From Polymyxa betae A26-41 (Eukaryota; Protista; Endomyxa: Phytomyxea), in the NCBI GenBank assembly GCA_003693705.1, contig RBZT01000594.1:1-64000 (forward strand): a stretch of DNA of 64,000 nt, given 5' to 3'. Below, one piece after another: positions 24,442 through 35,955 of this stretch. A program made the position numbers and the translations under genes. Below the pieces are notes generated by a model that saw nothing but the letters and a program-made list of their open reading frames with translations, searched no databases and was not told the origin of the DNA. Each line of letters opens with the position of its first letter. Position 1 is the first letter of the stretch.

Positions 24442-26757
24442 CTAATAGACGTCATCTGTCTGTATTTCAACATTGGCGAGCGATATCATCGTCTGAGTAG
24501 CGTCTGTGCTGGTCACAGCCCGATTCCTTTCCCGACCCAAATAGAGACCCAGGGCGAACTCGACAGGCCGTCCCCGGTGGACTTGGTCTTGGATTGTGGC
24601 GCGTAGGCGGCGCAGGGCGATGGCTCCCTGGACGGCTGCATTTGACCTGAGATGCAGCGATAATGTCTGTCGACCAATCTCTCCAACATTATGATCATGA
24701 GATAATCGCCTCCGGAACACATCATCCTGCATCTGCTTCGTCTTCCGTCCAGCCATTAATCGCTCTTCAATAGCAGCCTGGATCGCACGTCGTTCGCCAA
24801 CCAACATGGCGGCGTACTGGTCCAGTTCATGACGCAGCTTCCGATGCACGAATTCGATTTGTCGAATTGCCGCCGTTCTATTCACGAGCTCGTCGTGCTG
24901 CGCTTCACGCCTCTGTCGCATCGTCTCTGACGCGATCTCTTCATGATCACGCTGCAGCTGAACACGTTCCAGAGCGCGATGCCGCTGCACCTGATGCCCC
25001 AACACTTGCACGTCGTACTGGCTCTGGGCCTGCTGCAGGTCGGCGTGGGCTGCTGCCCGGTCTCGTTCGAGTTCGGCGATTTTCTCCTGTCCTTGTCGAT
25101 GTACGATATGAACTTGTTGTTGAACTTCATCAATCTGTTCTTGTGCACGACTTAATTCAGCTCCAGCTCGTGTTAATCGTGATAACATCTCTGTCCTTTG
25201 ACGTTGTCGTTCAACATCACGAGCTACAATCCCAGCCTGTAAGTCCTTCTCACGACGGATTACACCACGACCTCGATCGATCTCATTATCAAGCTGCTGT
25301 CCTCTATCAATCCAATGCTGTATAGATTGAGTCTCCTGCTCTATCATAAACAGATATCGATCTCGTGATGCCGCTGATTTCTGTTTCTGTGCGATCATTA
25401 ACTCACGACGACTTCTATAATCTTCAATCAGCATAAGCTGCTGCTCCGTCTGTGTACGCCATCGTCCCATTTTTGTTACAAGCTCGGTCGTACTGCCCTC
25501 CAGATCATGTTTGGCTTCGTCCAGGTTCGTCTCTAATCTCTGCAGCTCCATCGTCTCCATCGGTATTGTTACATCACGCATATCACACAATTCCTTCTGA
25601 ATTCGATCCAGATCGGCCCGCTCGGTGTCGTACTGGTCCTGGACCCGGTTCAGGTCACGACGCACCCGTCGCCGCTTACGTCTGCAATCGCGCAGTCGTT
25701 GCCGTAGATCGTGATCGTCTCGCTGCGCTCTCTGGACCACCTCCTGCAGCTGTCTCGGAACATCTCGCCTCTCCTCGATCAGAGCGCAGGTCCTGGTCTG
25801 ACCCTCAATTAGATCCCGAATCCGGTCCGTGTACTGGCTCAGATCAGCGCCGTACTGGTCCAGGACGACCTCGGCCTGAACAATGGCGCGCATCCATCGA
25901 TCATCTTCTGATTTCAATTGTCGTCCGGCGGTCGTGGCGACAGCCAGGGTTGCGGATGTGCCCTGCAGACGTCGGGCGGCACGTTGTGCGGCCCAATGCC
26001 CGGCCTGGATCGCGGCTCCGAGCCGGACCGTGCTGGCCCGCAGCGGCCCGATCTGCGACTGGAACTGGGCCAGAGCACGTTGTGCGTTGCCGATCATGGT
26101 CTTGGCGATTGTATCGTGCGCGACGAGATTGTTGAGATCGGCTGTTAACGCCCGGACTCTCAGCGACATCTGCTCAACATCTGTCTGATTCTGTGAGGTC
26201 GATTGCTGCAACTGTATCTCGGCGATCTCAGCGCGCATGGCCGCAATGCGATCGTGCTCGTCCGCGATCTGGTGCCGGAGCGATTCGTGAAGTCGGGCGG
26301 CGTCGGCAGCGCGGCATTGGTATAGGACGAGATCGGCAGCGAGTTCCTCAATCTCTGATTGAAGTCGTTGCGCTACGCTATGTTCGGATTTGTAGCGGAT
26401 CTGAGCGTGATGGCGCCGTTCCATTAGCTGACGACATTGTTGGTTAACATGTTGAGCTCGACGATGTAGATCGGTGGCGATAGCTTGTAGATGATGCTGA
26501 CGTGCCTGAATATCAGATTGCGATTTCTGGAATGATTGTAGAAGTTGACGACGATTGTGATGAGATTGTTGAATAATGTGATTAATTCGTAATGATGATG
26601 TAGAACCTATCTGACATTGTTCTAATAAATACAGATATAATCTCCATATTAAATTAATAACATCATATGATATGTGTCCATACTCACATTTTATATCACT
26701 AATTACTGAATATATTCCACTGCAATATACCAACAACAACGTCTTTCTGCTTTCCAT
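24442..26757 (-). CDS. Long coiled-coil protein, hypothetical
   Basis: 771-codon ORF rich in Q/R/E/L/A heptads; may contain an in-frame intron near the 5' end. Confidence 0.75.
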   Translation of the reverse strand: MESRKTLLLVYCSGIYSVISDIKCEYGHISYDVINLIWRLYLYLLEQCQIGSTSSLRINHIIQQSHHNRRQLLQSFQKSQSDIQARQHHLQAIATDLHRRAQHVNQQCRQLMERRHHAQIRYKSEHSVAQRLQSEIEELAADLVLYQCRAADAARLHESLRHQIADEHDRIAAMRAEIAEIQLQQSTSQNQTDVEQMSLRVRALTADLNNLVAHDTIAKTMIGNAQRALAQFQSQIGPLRASTVRLGAAIQAGHWAAQRAARRLQGTSATLAVATTAGRQLKSEDDRWMRAIVQAEVVLDQYGADLSQYTDRIRDLIEGQTRTCALIEERRDVPRQLQEVVQRAQRDDHDLRQRLRDCRRKRRRVRRDLNRVQDQYDTERADLDRIQKELCDMRDVTIPMETMELQRLETNLDEAKHDLEGSTTELVTKMGRWRTQTEQQLMLIEDYRSRRELMIAQKQKSAASRDRYLFMIEQETQSIQHWIDRGQQLDNEIDRGRGVIRREKDLQAGIVARDVERQRQRTEMLSRLTRAGAELSRAQEQIDEVQQQVHIVHRQGQEKIAELERDRAAAHADLQQAQSQYDVQVLGHQVQRHRALERVQLQRDHEEIASETMRQRREAQHDELVNRTAAIRQIEFVHRKLRHELDQYAAMLVGERRAIQAAIEERLMAGRKTKQMQDDVFRRRLSHDHNVGEIGRQTLSLHLRSNAAVQGAIALRRLRATIQDQVHRGRPVEFALGLYLGRERNRAVTSTDATQTMISLANVEIQTDDVY

Positions 26758-27027
26758 TATTGTCCATCAATATGTTGCTATGAGTACACAGAACCCGATC
26801 TAATCCATAACAGATCCTAATACCTGTACAATAGGTTTTATTTACGAGGAATTGTTAGGAACCCTTCAACCAACTAACAACAAAGAAAGCGAATCCGTCT
26901 TTAACTCTGGATTGTTGGTCGTCCTGCGTCAATAGGCTAATTGGCATTACGCTGTTCTTCATGAAATTGATCAAATGGTTGCTGTGATTGCATTTCACTC
27001 ATTTCAAAGTAACCTCTTACTGGAAAG

Positions 27028-28137
27028 TTATATTTTAGGAGAGGTTTTGGCCCTGCACATCTGGACCAAGTCTTTGATTTTGTTCAACCAATAGTTGGAC
27101 CACATCACATTTCTGTTGTAATTCTGGGATGGTCGTACTGTTCTCAGCCAATCTTCCGTGATCAGATCGAAACTATCCACGACAACAGCTGGAGCATCTG
27201 CGAATATCGCATCCAGACCTGATTTCTGAACAATTGGAACAGCTCCGAGTAATATCGCTTCCCAATGTCGGTGGCAATCGAGCCCGTTTCCGGGAGGAGA
27301 TAATACAAATTTCGAGTTGGCCAAACTCTGCAGAAATTGATCATGATCACCATCTTCCACCAACGTATCATTCGTAAAGCCACGAAACTTCTCCTTTAAT
27401 TCTCTTCTGGCCGGATTCGTTCTATCGGTCCAGCTAATAAACAGGAGATTGGATCGTTGATCCCATTGAGGTAGATCTGCTCCTGCAGCACGTCTCCATA
27501 CATGAAGATCACCATGAGGCCATTGACTATTTGCAATACCAATTGGAATCGCATGCATCTTGTCACTATCTGTCCAATCTGGATTCTGACCGAACCAAGC
27601 GAAGATCCGTTCATCATTTAAATAATGACGATATGGGCCAGGAGATGGATGATCGCCATTATGTGTAATCAGAATAAACGATGATCTTATGGCTGGGAAC
27701 ACGCTATCAAAGAATTCACCAAGACGATCATTCTTAACGAATACGATCTTGCATGGGTCAATGTCGTCTGGATGCCATCGATTCTTATATTCATTCTCGT
27801 CGTAGATGAAATCTGAAATAAACCGGAACATATCTCCAGATACGAATGGATATGGAAAATGTCGTTCAGACTCGTTTGGATGTCTGGGAGGGATCTCGGG
27901 GGCAGCTGAATCTTGATTATCGAATTCTTGTGCGAATTTGAAAACATTCGAGCCGGATAAAGAAGTGAGTTTGTCACTAAAAGTGATAGGCCATGATGGC
28001 GATGGTTGTAGTATCACTTCAATTGTTGATGACGATAATAGAGATTCTGGTACATATAAAAATATTAGAAAGAAGGCAGTAATGGCAGTCAATGATATGA
28101 TTGTCGCATACGATATCAGTTGAAAGTTGATTACCAT
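27028..28137 (-). CDS. Exostosin-like (GT47-related) glycosyltransferase, intronless, type II membrane
   Basis: N-terminal TM; YPFVSGDMFR; FILITHNGD; WFGQN..IPIGIAN; SKFVLSPPGNGLDCHRHWEAILLGAVPIV. Confidence 0.85.
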   Translation of the reverse strand: MVINFQLISYATIISLTAITAFFLIFLYVPESLLSSSTIEVILQPSPSWPITFSDKLTSLSGSNVFKFAQEFDNQDSAAPEIPPRHPNESERHFPYPFVSGDMFRFISDFIYDENEYKNRWHPDDIDPCKIVFVKNDRLGEFFDSVFPAIRSSFILITHNGDHPSPGPYRHYLNDERIFAWFGQNPDWTDSDKMHAIPIGIANSQWPHGDLHVWRRAAGADLPQWDQRSNLLFISWTDRTNPARRELKEKFRGFTNDTLVEDGDHDQFLQSLANSKFVLSPPGNGLDCHRHWEAILLGAVPIVQKSGLDAIFADAPAVVVDSFDLITEDWLRTVRPSQNYNRNVMWSNYWLNKIKDLVQMCRAKTSPKI

Positions 28138-28428
28138 TGGCTCTTGATTTTGAGACAATGGCAAGACAATGCCATACAGAGTTCGATTAAGTTCTATTCA
28201 AAGTACCCTCTTCGTTCAATATCACGCAGCGACTTCGCACATTTTTCTGAGTGACAGTGCAAACCAAGGCTGCTCCACGCATAAGGTTAACTGTCTTCTG
28301 CTTGAGAGCGACCGATTTTCATCCGATTGATCACTTTCATTAATGAACTTAGGATTGTTTGTGTTTTCTGAATTGCTTTTGCTTATTTAAACTATTCTAA
28401 CATAATACAAAATAATACAATATGTTTA

Positions 28429-30254
28429 CTAAGGTTTCCATAATCCAGCAAATGGATCTGGTGATGTTGATGATTTCTGGAATTGATTAACATTTGTCGT
28501 GGACGGGTTCTGGATTGGATTTGGATTTTGTGCTTGCTGAGCATTACCCATTGGCATCATCGGTTGCTGACCGTACGGCTGTTGCATGAAGGGGTTACCA
28601 GAAGGTGGATATCTGTTTGTAGGTTGTGCATATCCCATGCCCATTGGACCATTATAGGGCATTTGTTGTTGATAGGCACCAGCTGGCATCGGTTGGCTGT
28701 ATTGACCGAAAGGATTCGGATGTGCATAACCAAACGGTTGCTGCTGTTGTGCAAACTGTTGCTGTTGGGCAAACTGTTGCTGTTGAGCAAACGGTTGCTG
28801 TGGAACAGTTTGAGAAGGCAGAGGGTGAATCGCGAAATTATTGTTCACAGCAGGAATCCGGTTGGCAGCTGCAATTTCTGCCAATGTCTTTCCTGGGGCA
28901 GCTCCAGTTACTACTTGTTGTTTCTTCGGCGGACCATGAGCGTTCAGATCCGATAAATCAACCAGTTTCTTATCCACATTCCAGAATCTGATAACATTAC
29001 AAGTAAGCATTTTGAAAATTAGGGCAAGCGCCATATTACACACCCCTTGTCATTATCATCATCGGAGCCAATTTCAAGAGCATCATCAAAAGCGAATCCG
29101 TCCTGATCAGGACTTCCTTTCGGAGTAGCAGGATCAATAGGTGTTCCATGGAACACTTGGTCTCCCTAGATTCAAATGTTAACAACGGCCTCATCTCATT
29201 TCGTTTGCAGACAGATTCAAACGATAACGCTGGAAAAGGTTGCTGAAAATCATTTGCGTTGGCGAAGTTCATGTTAGACATCCAATCGGTAGAAGCAGCA
29301 CTCTGATTCGTAACCAGGTCGATCTCAGTATTTTTCTTTGTAGTGGTCTATCATGAAGTTAAAAAGAATACAGAATAAAAATCAGGAAGCTGGCTTACAA
29401 TTTGAGCGAGTCCTTTTGAAATATGTTCAACATCATCATCGTCTGAAAGAGACGATTCGAAAGAATTCGGTTTGTCTTTAGCATCTTTCTTTTTCTTGGA
29501 CTTTTTCTTCTTTTTTAATTCATGATTTGATGGCACCTCCGAGCTATACTTCTTCGTGGATTTCGAACGAATCGGCGGCGTTTCACCTATTGGCACGTTC
29601 AGTTCGCAGTGCATTATGTAATGAAATAAACCCACCAAAGCCGGTCGGTGAATCCAGAGACGAGTTATTAAACGACATAGACGGCTCCTTCAATCGAAGT
29701 GGTTTCTGTTGAGGACTGTCTAACTGTGAGCTCTCACTATATTCATCATTGAGCTTAAGCTGATTGCCATAGCTGCGTTCATAGCGGTCTGCTTTGGTGT
29801 TGGCGACGCCGGAATCGCGATCTTTTCTCATTTTTTCAAGTGCGTCTTCATTAACTAATAGCTCCAAGACAGTTCGGGCTTGATTCCGAACTTCACCACC
29901 GACATCTTCATGGTTCCGGTAGAATTTGTATCCGGTTAAACGTTTCACGACGTTCTTCTTGGTACGCATATCACGAACGAATCGGTCATCGCCGTGAATC
30001 AATAAATATTCGGATAACAGCAGCGATTTCAAGATATGCGATGGCTGATGCAGATCGGTAATGCGCTTCCAAAGGATGGAGAACATCGAGTTATAGGAGC
30101 TTCGATCTCGCGTGTCATGAGCGATCCGAGCCAGCAATCGTTCATCGGCGCCGACAGGGTCGTTGCTGGTGGCGTCACGGACACGCAGCTGAACGTCGTC
30201 GTAATCCATAGCTACCTCCTTGACATTTCGGACGATTTTCTTGACGGTGTCCAT
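28429..30254 (-). CDS. Epsin-family ENTH domain protein (multi-exon)
   Basis: ENTH: VRDATSNDPVG..ILWKRI..HILKSLLLSEYLLIHGDDRFV..DVGGEVR. KLVDLSDL clathrin-box-like motif, NPF x2, terminal DPFAGL. Confidence 0.92.
28738..28800 (-). repeat. 18-bp tandem repeat encoding (F)AQQQQ in the epsin tail
   Basis: gcaaactgttgctgttg units x3. Confidence 0.8.
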
Positions 30255-30473
30255 ACTGCTTCGACGACGTCGAAGACGCTGAGAAGGTAATAGAGTTGTG
30301 ATGAAGACGAAAGAGAGACCTTCCTCTGGTGATCAGGCTGCGCTTCATGCACTGTTTCACATTTCCACTCTAATCAATATCGTTACACACTGTACAGTCA
30401 TGACAACCCCTATACGTAGGAGGACTCTTCATTCGTCTTTAGCTTCTATCTACTTTGTTAGCTTCTAAGGCGT

Positions 30474-32239
30474 TCAGAACCGCCTCTCGTTCTGGCTCCT
30501 GAACCGGTTGAACGACTCGTTGACGGCCTTGAACGTCTCTTCGGCGCGGAACCGCACTGCTGGCTTGCTGCTGATATGCTTATCGGGATGGATCTTGAGC
30601 AGAGTCCGCTTGTAGGACTTGGTGATCTCTTCAAACGTTGCATTAGCTGATAAATAACAGCTCTGTCCAGGTACTGCTCTGTTTACAGCATTTAATAGCC
30701 ATCGAAGGCTACGATTCTTCTTCCAATCTTCCACCTCATCAATAATCTAAGAATGTTAGTTAATCGTTATCCAGATATCTTCTCTGATTTCAAACCGACC
30801 TGAGATCGAAGTTTGTCAACATTATCACGTTCTTGTCGTTCTTTCAATTCGATTTCTTTGATAGCTCGTATTTCCTGTGCCTTCCTGGTCAAAAGGTGAA
30901 CAAGCTCACCACGCTCGAGACATTGCATCTCATGATTGTTCACACCCATCGTTCGAAGCTTGTCTTTTAGCTGACGAATTGGCCATGTAGCATATGGTGC
31001 TTCGCCCTGCGTATTATTGCTCACATAGGCCTGTGATGTTCTATCATGTTTTGGCTGCTGCTGCTGTTGAGGTCTATAATGGCGCCATTGGCTATCAACA
31101 TCCTTCTGCATTCTCTCCCAGATCTTCTTAGCAGATTGTATCACATCTTCTGTACCTCGTTCCTGCTTCTGTTGTCGCTTCTTATCACGATCCCCCTTCT
31201 TTCTTAGCCGAACTTCCTCCTCGTAGAAGAATCGCTCCATCTTCGATAACGAACTCGTATCGATACATTCACCTTCTCTTACGCGAGCTCGTATTTCAGC
31301 TTCAACTGCAGCGACTGCCTCCAACTCATTTCTGGCTTTCTCCTGCACCTTCTTAAGCTCCTCTTCTTGGCGAGATTCACCATGATCGTCTGGATCTCTA
31401 TACTGATGATAGATCTCTTTCCTGCTATTTTTAGCTGGATCGTCTTCGCCCTTTCTATTCAACGATGCACTATTCCAGTGTTGTTCATCGCGTCGATTTC
31501 TGATCTCCTCCTGGACGACTTTTTCAACATCATGATTTCTATCTTCGTTATCGATATTCTTCTGCGATCGTGGATATGATTGTTTCTGATGGCGAATTTC
31601 CTCGAACTTCTTTCGATCCGATGCCGTAGTTCTGACGGCATGCTTTGAAGGCTGGCACGCGTCATTAGAACGCCGAATCGGAACGGACCCGGCCGAAGCC
31701 GCTGCCGATCTGGTATCAGCAGCCAGACGTTTGAGGCGCTCTTTCAAAGAGCCATTATTGCGATTTCGTTCCGCTGCCGCCGTTGACTGCGGTGCTGTGC
31801 GACGCCCTTCACTATGCTTTTCCATGGCTTTACGTAAAAGGCGGTCGACTCGAGTAGCAGACGATTCCGCCGCGATCCGATGTCGTTTCGGAATCGCCAG
31901 AAAGTCGTCGCCTGCATTGAAACGATCCGAAGGAAGCGAATCCGGGAAGCTGTCGAAGGCACCCCATCGACGCTGGCTTTTGGCGCGGATGGAATCTGCT
32001 CGGTTTTTCGCCTTTGTATATCGTCGTCGCCATTCGTTAACAACTCGACGGTATTGTATGGGAGATGCACGATCTGGGGGCGGAACCGACATGATCGGTG
32101 GCAACATCATATATCTGGCACGGCTCTCTTGATTTTCCAGTATGTACGCGCAACCGATCCGAAATCCAAAATCATTTTCCAGAAATAGGGCTACTTCGGC
32201 GCTGATATTTTTAGTATCACGTGGAAGAATTAGTCTCAT
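30474..32239 (-). CDS. Auxilin-like protein with a C-terminal J domain; 5' end uncertain
   Basis: C-terminal W.K.RSLRWLL..ITKSYKRTLLKIHPDK..RAEETFKAVNESF (HPD J-domain at the extreme C-terminus) after a long charged/coiled-coil region. Confidence 0.75.
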
Positions 32240-33259
32240 AATTAATGAAGCGCTGCAGGTTCTACCCGATTCGAAAGGAAAGCTCTTACTGTGCAATCCG
32301 ATTGACAGCGGTATCCTACTCGCATGTTTCCAAACAGGAAGCGAACTCGTTCGCTATCTATGCATGGATGATTGCAAACAGACAAAGTTTCAAAGAAACC
32401 TTGTTTAGGAGTTCGTCGAAGGAAATGAAAACCGTCCAAAACTTGCAAGTTCGCTTATGGCTCTCCCTTGCTGATGGCATCTAAAAAGGGATAAACGAAA
32501 AATCGGACGATCGCGTTGTGTTGCACTGGCACTTCTGCGGTGCTTTCCAAATTAGTTCTCAAGACATGATTTATCTGATTTTTTTTTCTAAAATATGGAT
32601 CCAAATGATCCGATACGAATTGTTGAGTTGTGTTTGAGTTCAATTAGAGCTCCAAAATATGATGGAAAGCAGAGTTGACGAGAGGCAGGGCGCTGAAACG
32701 AGTCGTTCGCGCCAGATTGATGCATCTGATCCCATGCGACAATGTTGTCATTGGGAATCGCTCATAAGACCTCGACATGGCGGTAATCGTGAGGTCGGTG
32801 CCGAATATGCAACTGGACTGTGTTTGCGGGACGTCGTCGAAGATGGCGAAGGGACGACTGGGCGGGTATTCGGCTGTGCTCGCGTGTCGCTGAATTCGAC
32901 GGAATCTGGAGATGGTGACTGCCATTTCAGATTGTGTGAGCCCAGACTCTTGAATGTAATACATTTATACAGCAGCAATATTCCATCATGTATGGTGACC
33001 TATGTGACAAGCTTATAAGGAGTTGAGTGGACAGGCAAATGAGGCGATTCAGAAACTGATAGTCGCCTTGGTTTGATAATGGATGACGCAATCAAACCCT
33101 AACCCTAAAGCATCAAGGCACATGACATTGATTTGGACTCAGTGGAATCTGTGAATACGAAAACGAACCATCCTATCTGCATTGGCCGTACTGGTCCATC
33201 ATCATCATCATGATGGCAGGCGATGGTTCTGGTCCAGGTCGTCACAGACCGATCTCGTC

Positions 33260-34511
33260 ATGCCGGACGATGTGCTCGTTATCGATCTTGGGAGCGGGGT
33301 GGTGAAGGCTGGCTGGGCCGGCGAGGATCAGCCGCGCTCGACTCAGCCCATGGCGGTGGCTCGCGTGCGTCGGGCGTCGGCAGCCCCGACCTCGAATGAC
33401 GATCTGTTGACGGGCAACGACGCCATCCGATCGGTTGCCGATCATAGCCACGCCCTTGAGCTCATGTCACCTCTGGATCGCGGCGAGATCGTTGAATGGA
33501 ACGCCGTCCAGCAGACTTTCGCCTCGATCTACGCTCACGATCTCGGCGGTGTTGATAGCTCTGCCTATCCCGTCCTGATCACAGAATCACCATTCGCCAG
33601 TCCCAAGCAGCGAGAGAAGCTCGCCGATCTCCTGTTCCGGCACTTTCGTGCTCCCGCCATCCTCATCTATAATGCCGCCGTCCTGTCCCTCTGTATGGAA
33701 ATGTGTCTTTTTAGTCAAATCCCCTAAAACCCTAATCGTGTAGTCTCATCCGGGTACGAGCCCCTGTCGGTTGGCGTCTGATGCTGATTGTTACAGATTG
33801 ACGACGGGATTGGTGGTAGAATCGGGTGAGAGCAGCACCTATACTGTCCCTATATTTGAAGGTATCTTGAGAGACCTTAAAGCCACATCATCATAACCCT
33901 GAATCAGGTTATCCATTACGTCATGGGATCGATTCAATGGCGATCAGCGGTGTCGAGCTCACCCATCACATGACGGCAGCGCTACAGAAGCCCGACCTGC
34001 GTCTGGACGTAGCGCGTGACATCAAGGAACGATTCGCAGCAGTCCGCGGCAACCAACATCACGTACTGGACCCGGTCCAGTACGAACTCCCAGATGGTAG
34101 ATAGACAGACAGGGCGACGATATCTGACGATCTGTAGGGACGATGTTATCGATTCCGAACGAGGTCAGATATTCGACAGGTGAGATGCTGTTCCAGCAAG
34201 GCCTGCCGGATGTCGTGTTCAGATCTCTGGCGAAATGCGACTCGAACCTGCAGACGGCGATGCTGAGCCGGATCGTAACGGCGGGCGGTTCGACGTTGAT
34301 GAGAGGATTCCATGATCGGTTCACGAGCGAGATTGAGACACGAGCTCATGAACTGTATCCAGGAGCACAAGCAGCGGTCTTTGGGAAAAGGAAACATGCA
34401 GCATGGATGGGAGGATCTATGCTGGCATCACTCAGCACATTTACAGATCTGAAAATCACGCGACAGGAATTTGAAGATGGGGACGATATCGTTCATAAGA
34501 AGTATTTTTAA
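33260..34511 (+). CDS. Divergent actin-related protein (4 introns)
   Basis: VIDLGSGVVKAGWAGEDQPR; PVLITESPF; LSLFSSGLTTGLVVESGE; YELPDG; AGGSTLMRGFHDRF; AAWMGGSMLASLSTF; IVHKKYF. Confidence 0.93.
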
Positions 34512-34884
34512 CATATCCGAAAACAAATCGATATATTCTGACATACAGACAACCAATGCCTGAAATACATGCAAATCTTTATTTTTTAGATGAAAGCTAC
34601 TCTTGTTTCATTAACCGCAAATTAGTCCTAGATCCAGTTCGTGATTTTCTACGCCCCAACAAGAGCCCTCCATTCCCGAAAGACGAATCCAGAGCGATGT
34701 TCAAAGTCAAAAGCAAAAACTACGAACATCACTGCGAAATCGCAGGCCAATGAAGCCCTGCAACCGAACAAGCAATCTTAATCCGGATCCCAATGGGGCT
34801 TCAAGAGGTATCCTCTCACAATGCACTTCATTGGGATTCGAACAGATACACGATTTATTGTTGAACAACAACGCCAGACGACAT

Positions 34885-35725
34885 TTACTGAGAAGCCAGA
34901 GAGACCAACTCCTTCTTCTTTTCACCTGAGCAACCACACAATCAGACCAGTACGACCGCAGATTCAGCAATATCGGTTACGTTCGAGCTTGTTGAGCTTA
35001 GCGGTGGCTTTAACACCGAGGTGGTGCTTGCCCCATTTACGGAACGAATCGGTGTTGTTGTTGAACTTCTCCAAGCAGGATCGGGTCAGCTGATCCAGAG
35101 CGCCGACGTCCTCTTTGCGAACATCGGTAACGGCCAGGCAGGTGGCGGTCTTCTGGTGGACCAGCATTCCCAATCGAGCCATTCCCTTAACAATACAGTA
35201 GGGGATGTTCTTAGCACGGCACAAGGCGGGCAACCAGATGACGAGCTCGATGGGGTCAACATCGTGAGCGATCACGACGAGCTTAGCCTTGTTCTTCTCG
35301 ATCAGAGACGTAACATGGTTCAGACCGAACTTGATGAATTTCGGCTTCTTGGATTCAGCGTTGACACCGGCAGCGACCTTCTCGGCGACGGCTTTGAGAC
35401 GCTGACGCTTCTCCGGGCGAGTCTCAGGGCGGTACTTGGACAGAAGCTTGAAGAGGGTGGTGGCCCCAGCCTTGTCCATGGTGTTGGTGAAGTGGTTCAC
35501 AGAAGGAGGAGCTTTCAATCGCTGCTTCAGGATAGCACGCTGACGCTGGATACGGATGTATCGGGGCCATTTCACATAGCGACCAAGATCACGCTTTGGC
35601 TTCAGATCACCACCAATACGGAATTGACGAGGACGAGAGATGAACAGGTGAGAGTGCTGCTCATGGAAGGTGGATGGAGCCGGGGCGGAAGCGGAAGCGC
35701 CGGTGCTCTTCTTGGCCTGGGACAT
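34885..35725 (-). CDS. RPL7A: 60S ribosomal protein L7a (eL8), 1 intron (34926-34980)
   Basis: PKRDLGRYVKWPRYIRIQRQRAIL; GLNHVTSLIE; LVVIAHDVDPIELVIWLPALCR. Confidence 0.98.
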
Positions 35726-35955
35726 GATGACAAACGGGGTGTGAAGACAACGATGGGGCCGGGATTCGAGAGACGCAGTCCGCCACGGACTCAATCCAGA
35801 ATATATGAGATCGCGCTAAACCTTGTCTGCATCCACCGAAACACGATTTAAAAAATCCGCCTTTGTGTAGGAAAAAAACAGAATTTTTTTTCTGCGCGAC
35901 TGACCCACCACGGACTTTTCTCACGAGGAAATCGTCGTGTTTTTTCAGTTAAATC

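Noticed and set aside
25452-26447. Several + strand ORFs (227, 101, 84 aa)
   Set aside because: Stop-poor antisense frames of the GC-rich coiled-coil gene.
34832-34843. GTTCGAATCC (tRNA T-loop/B-box-like) on the minus strand
   Set aside because: No T-stem pairing or cloverleaf around it, so not called as tRNA.
35021-35851. 276-aa + strand ORF overlapping RPL7A
   Set aside because: Antisense shadow of a highly codon-biased ribosomal protein gene; no independent protein features.
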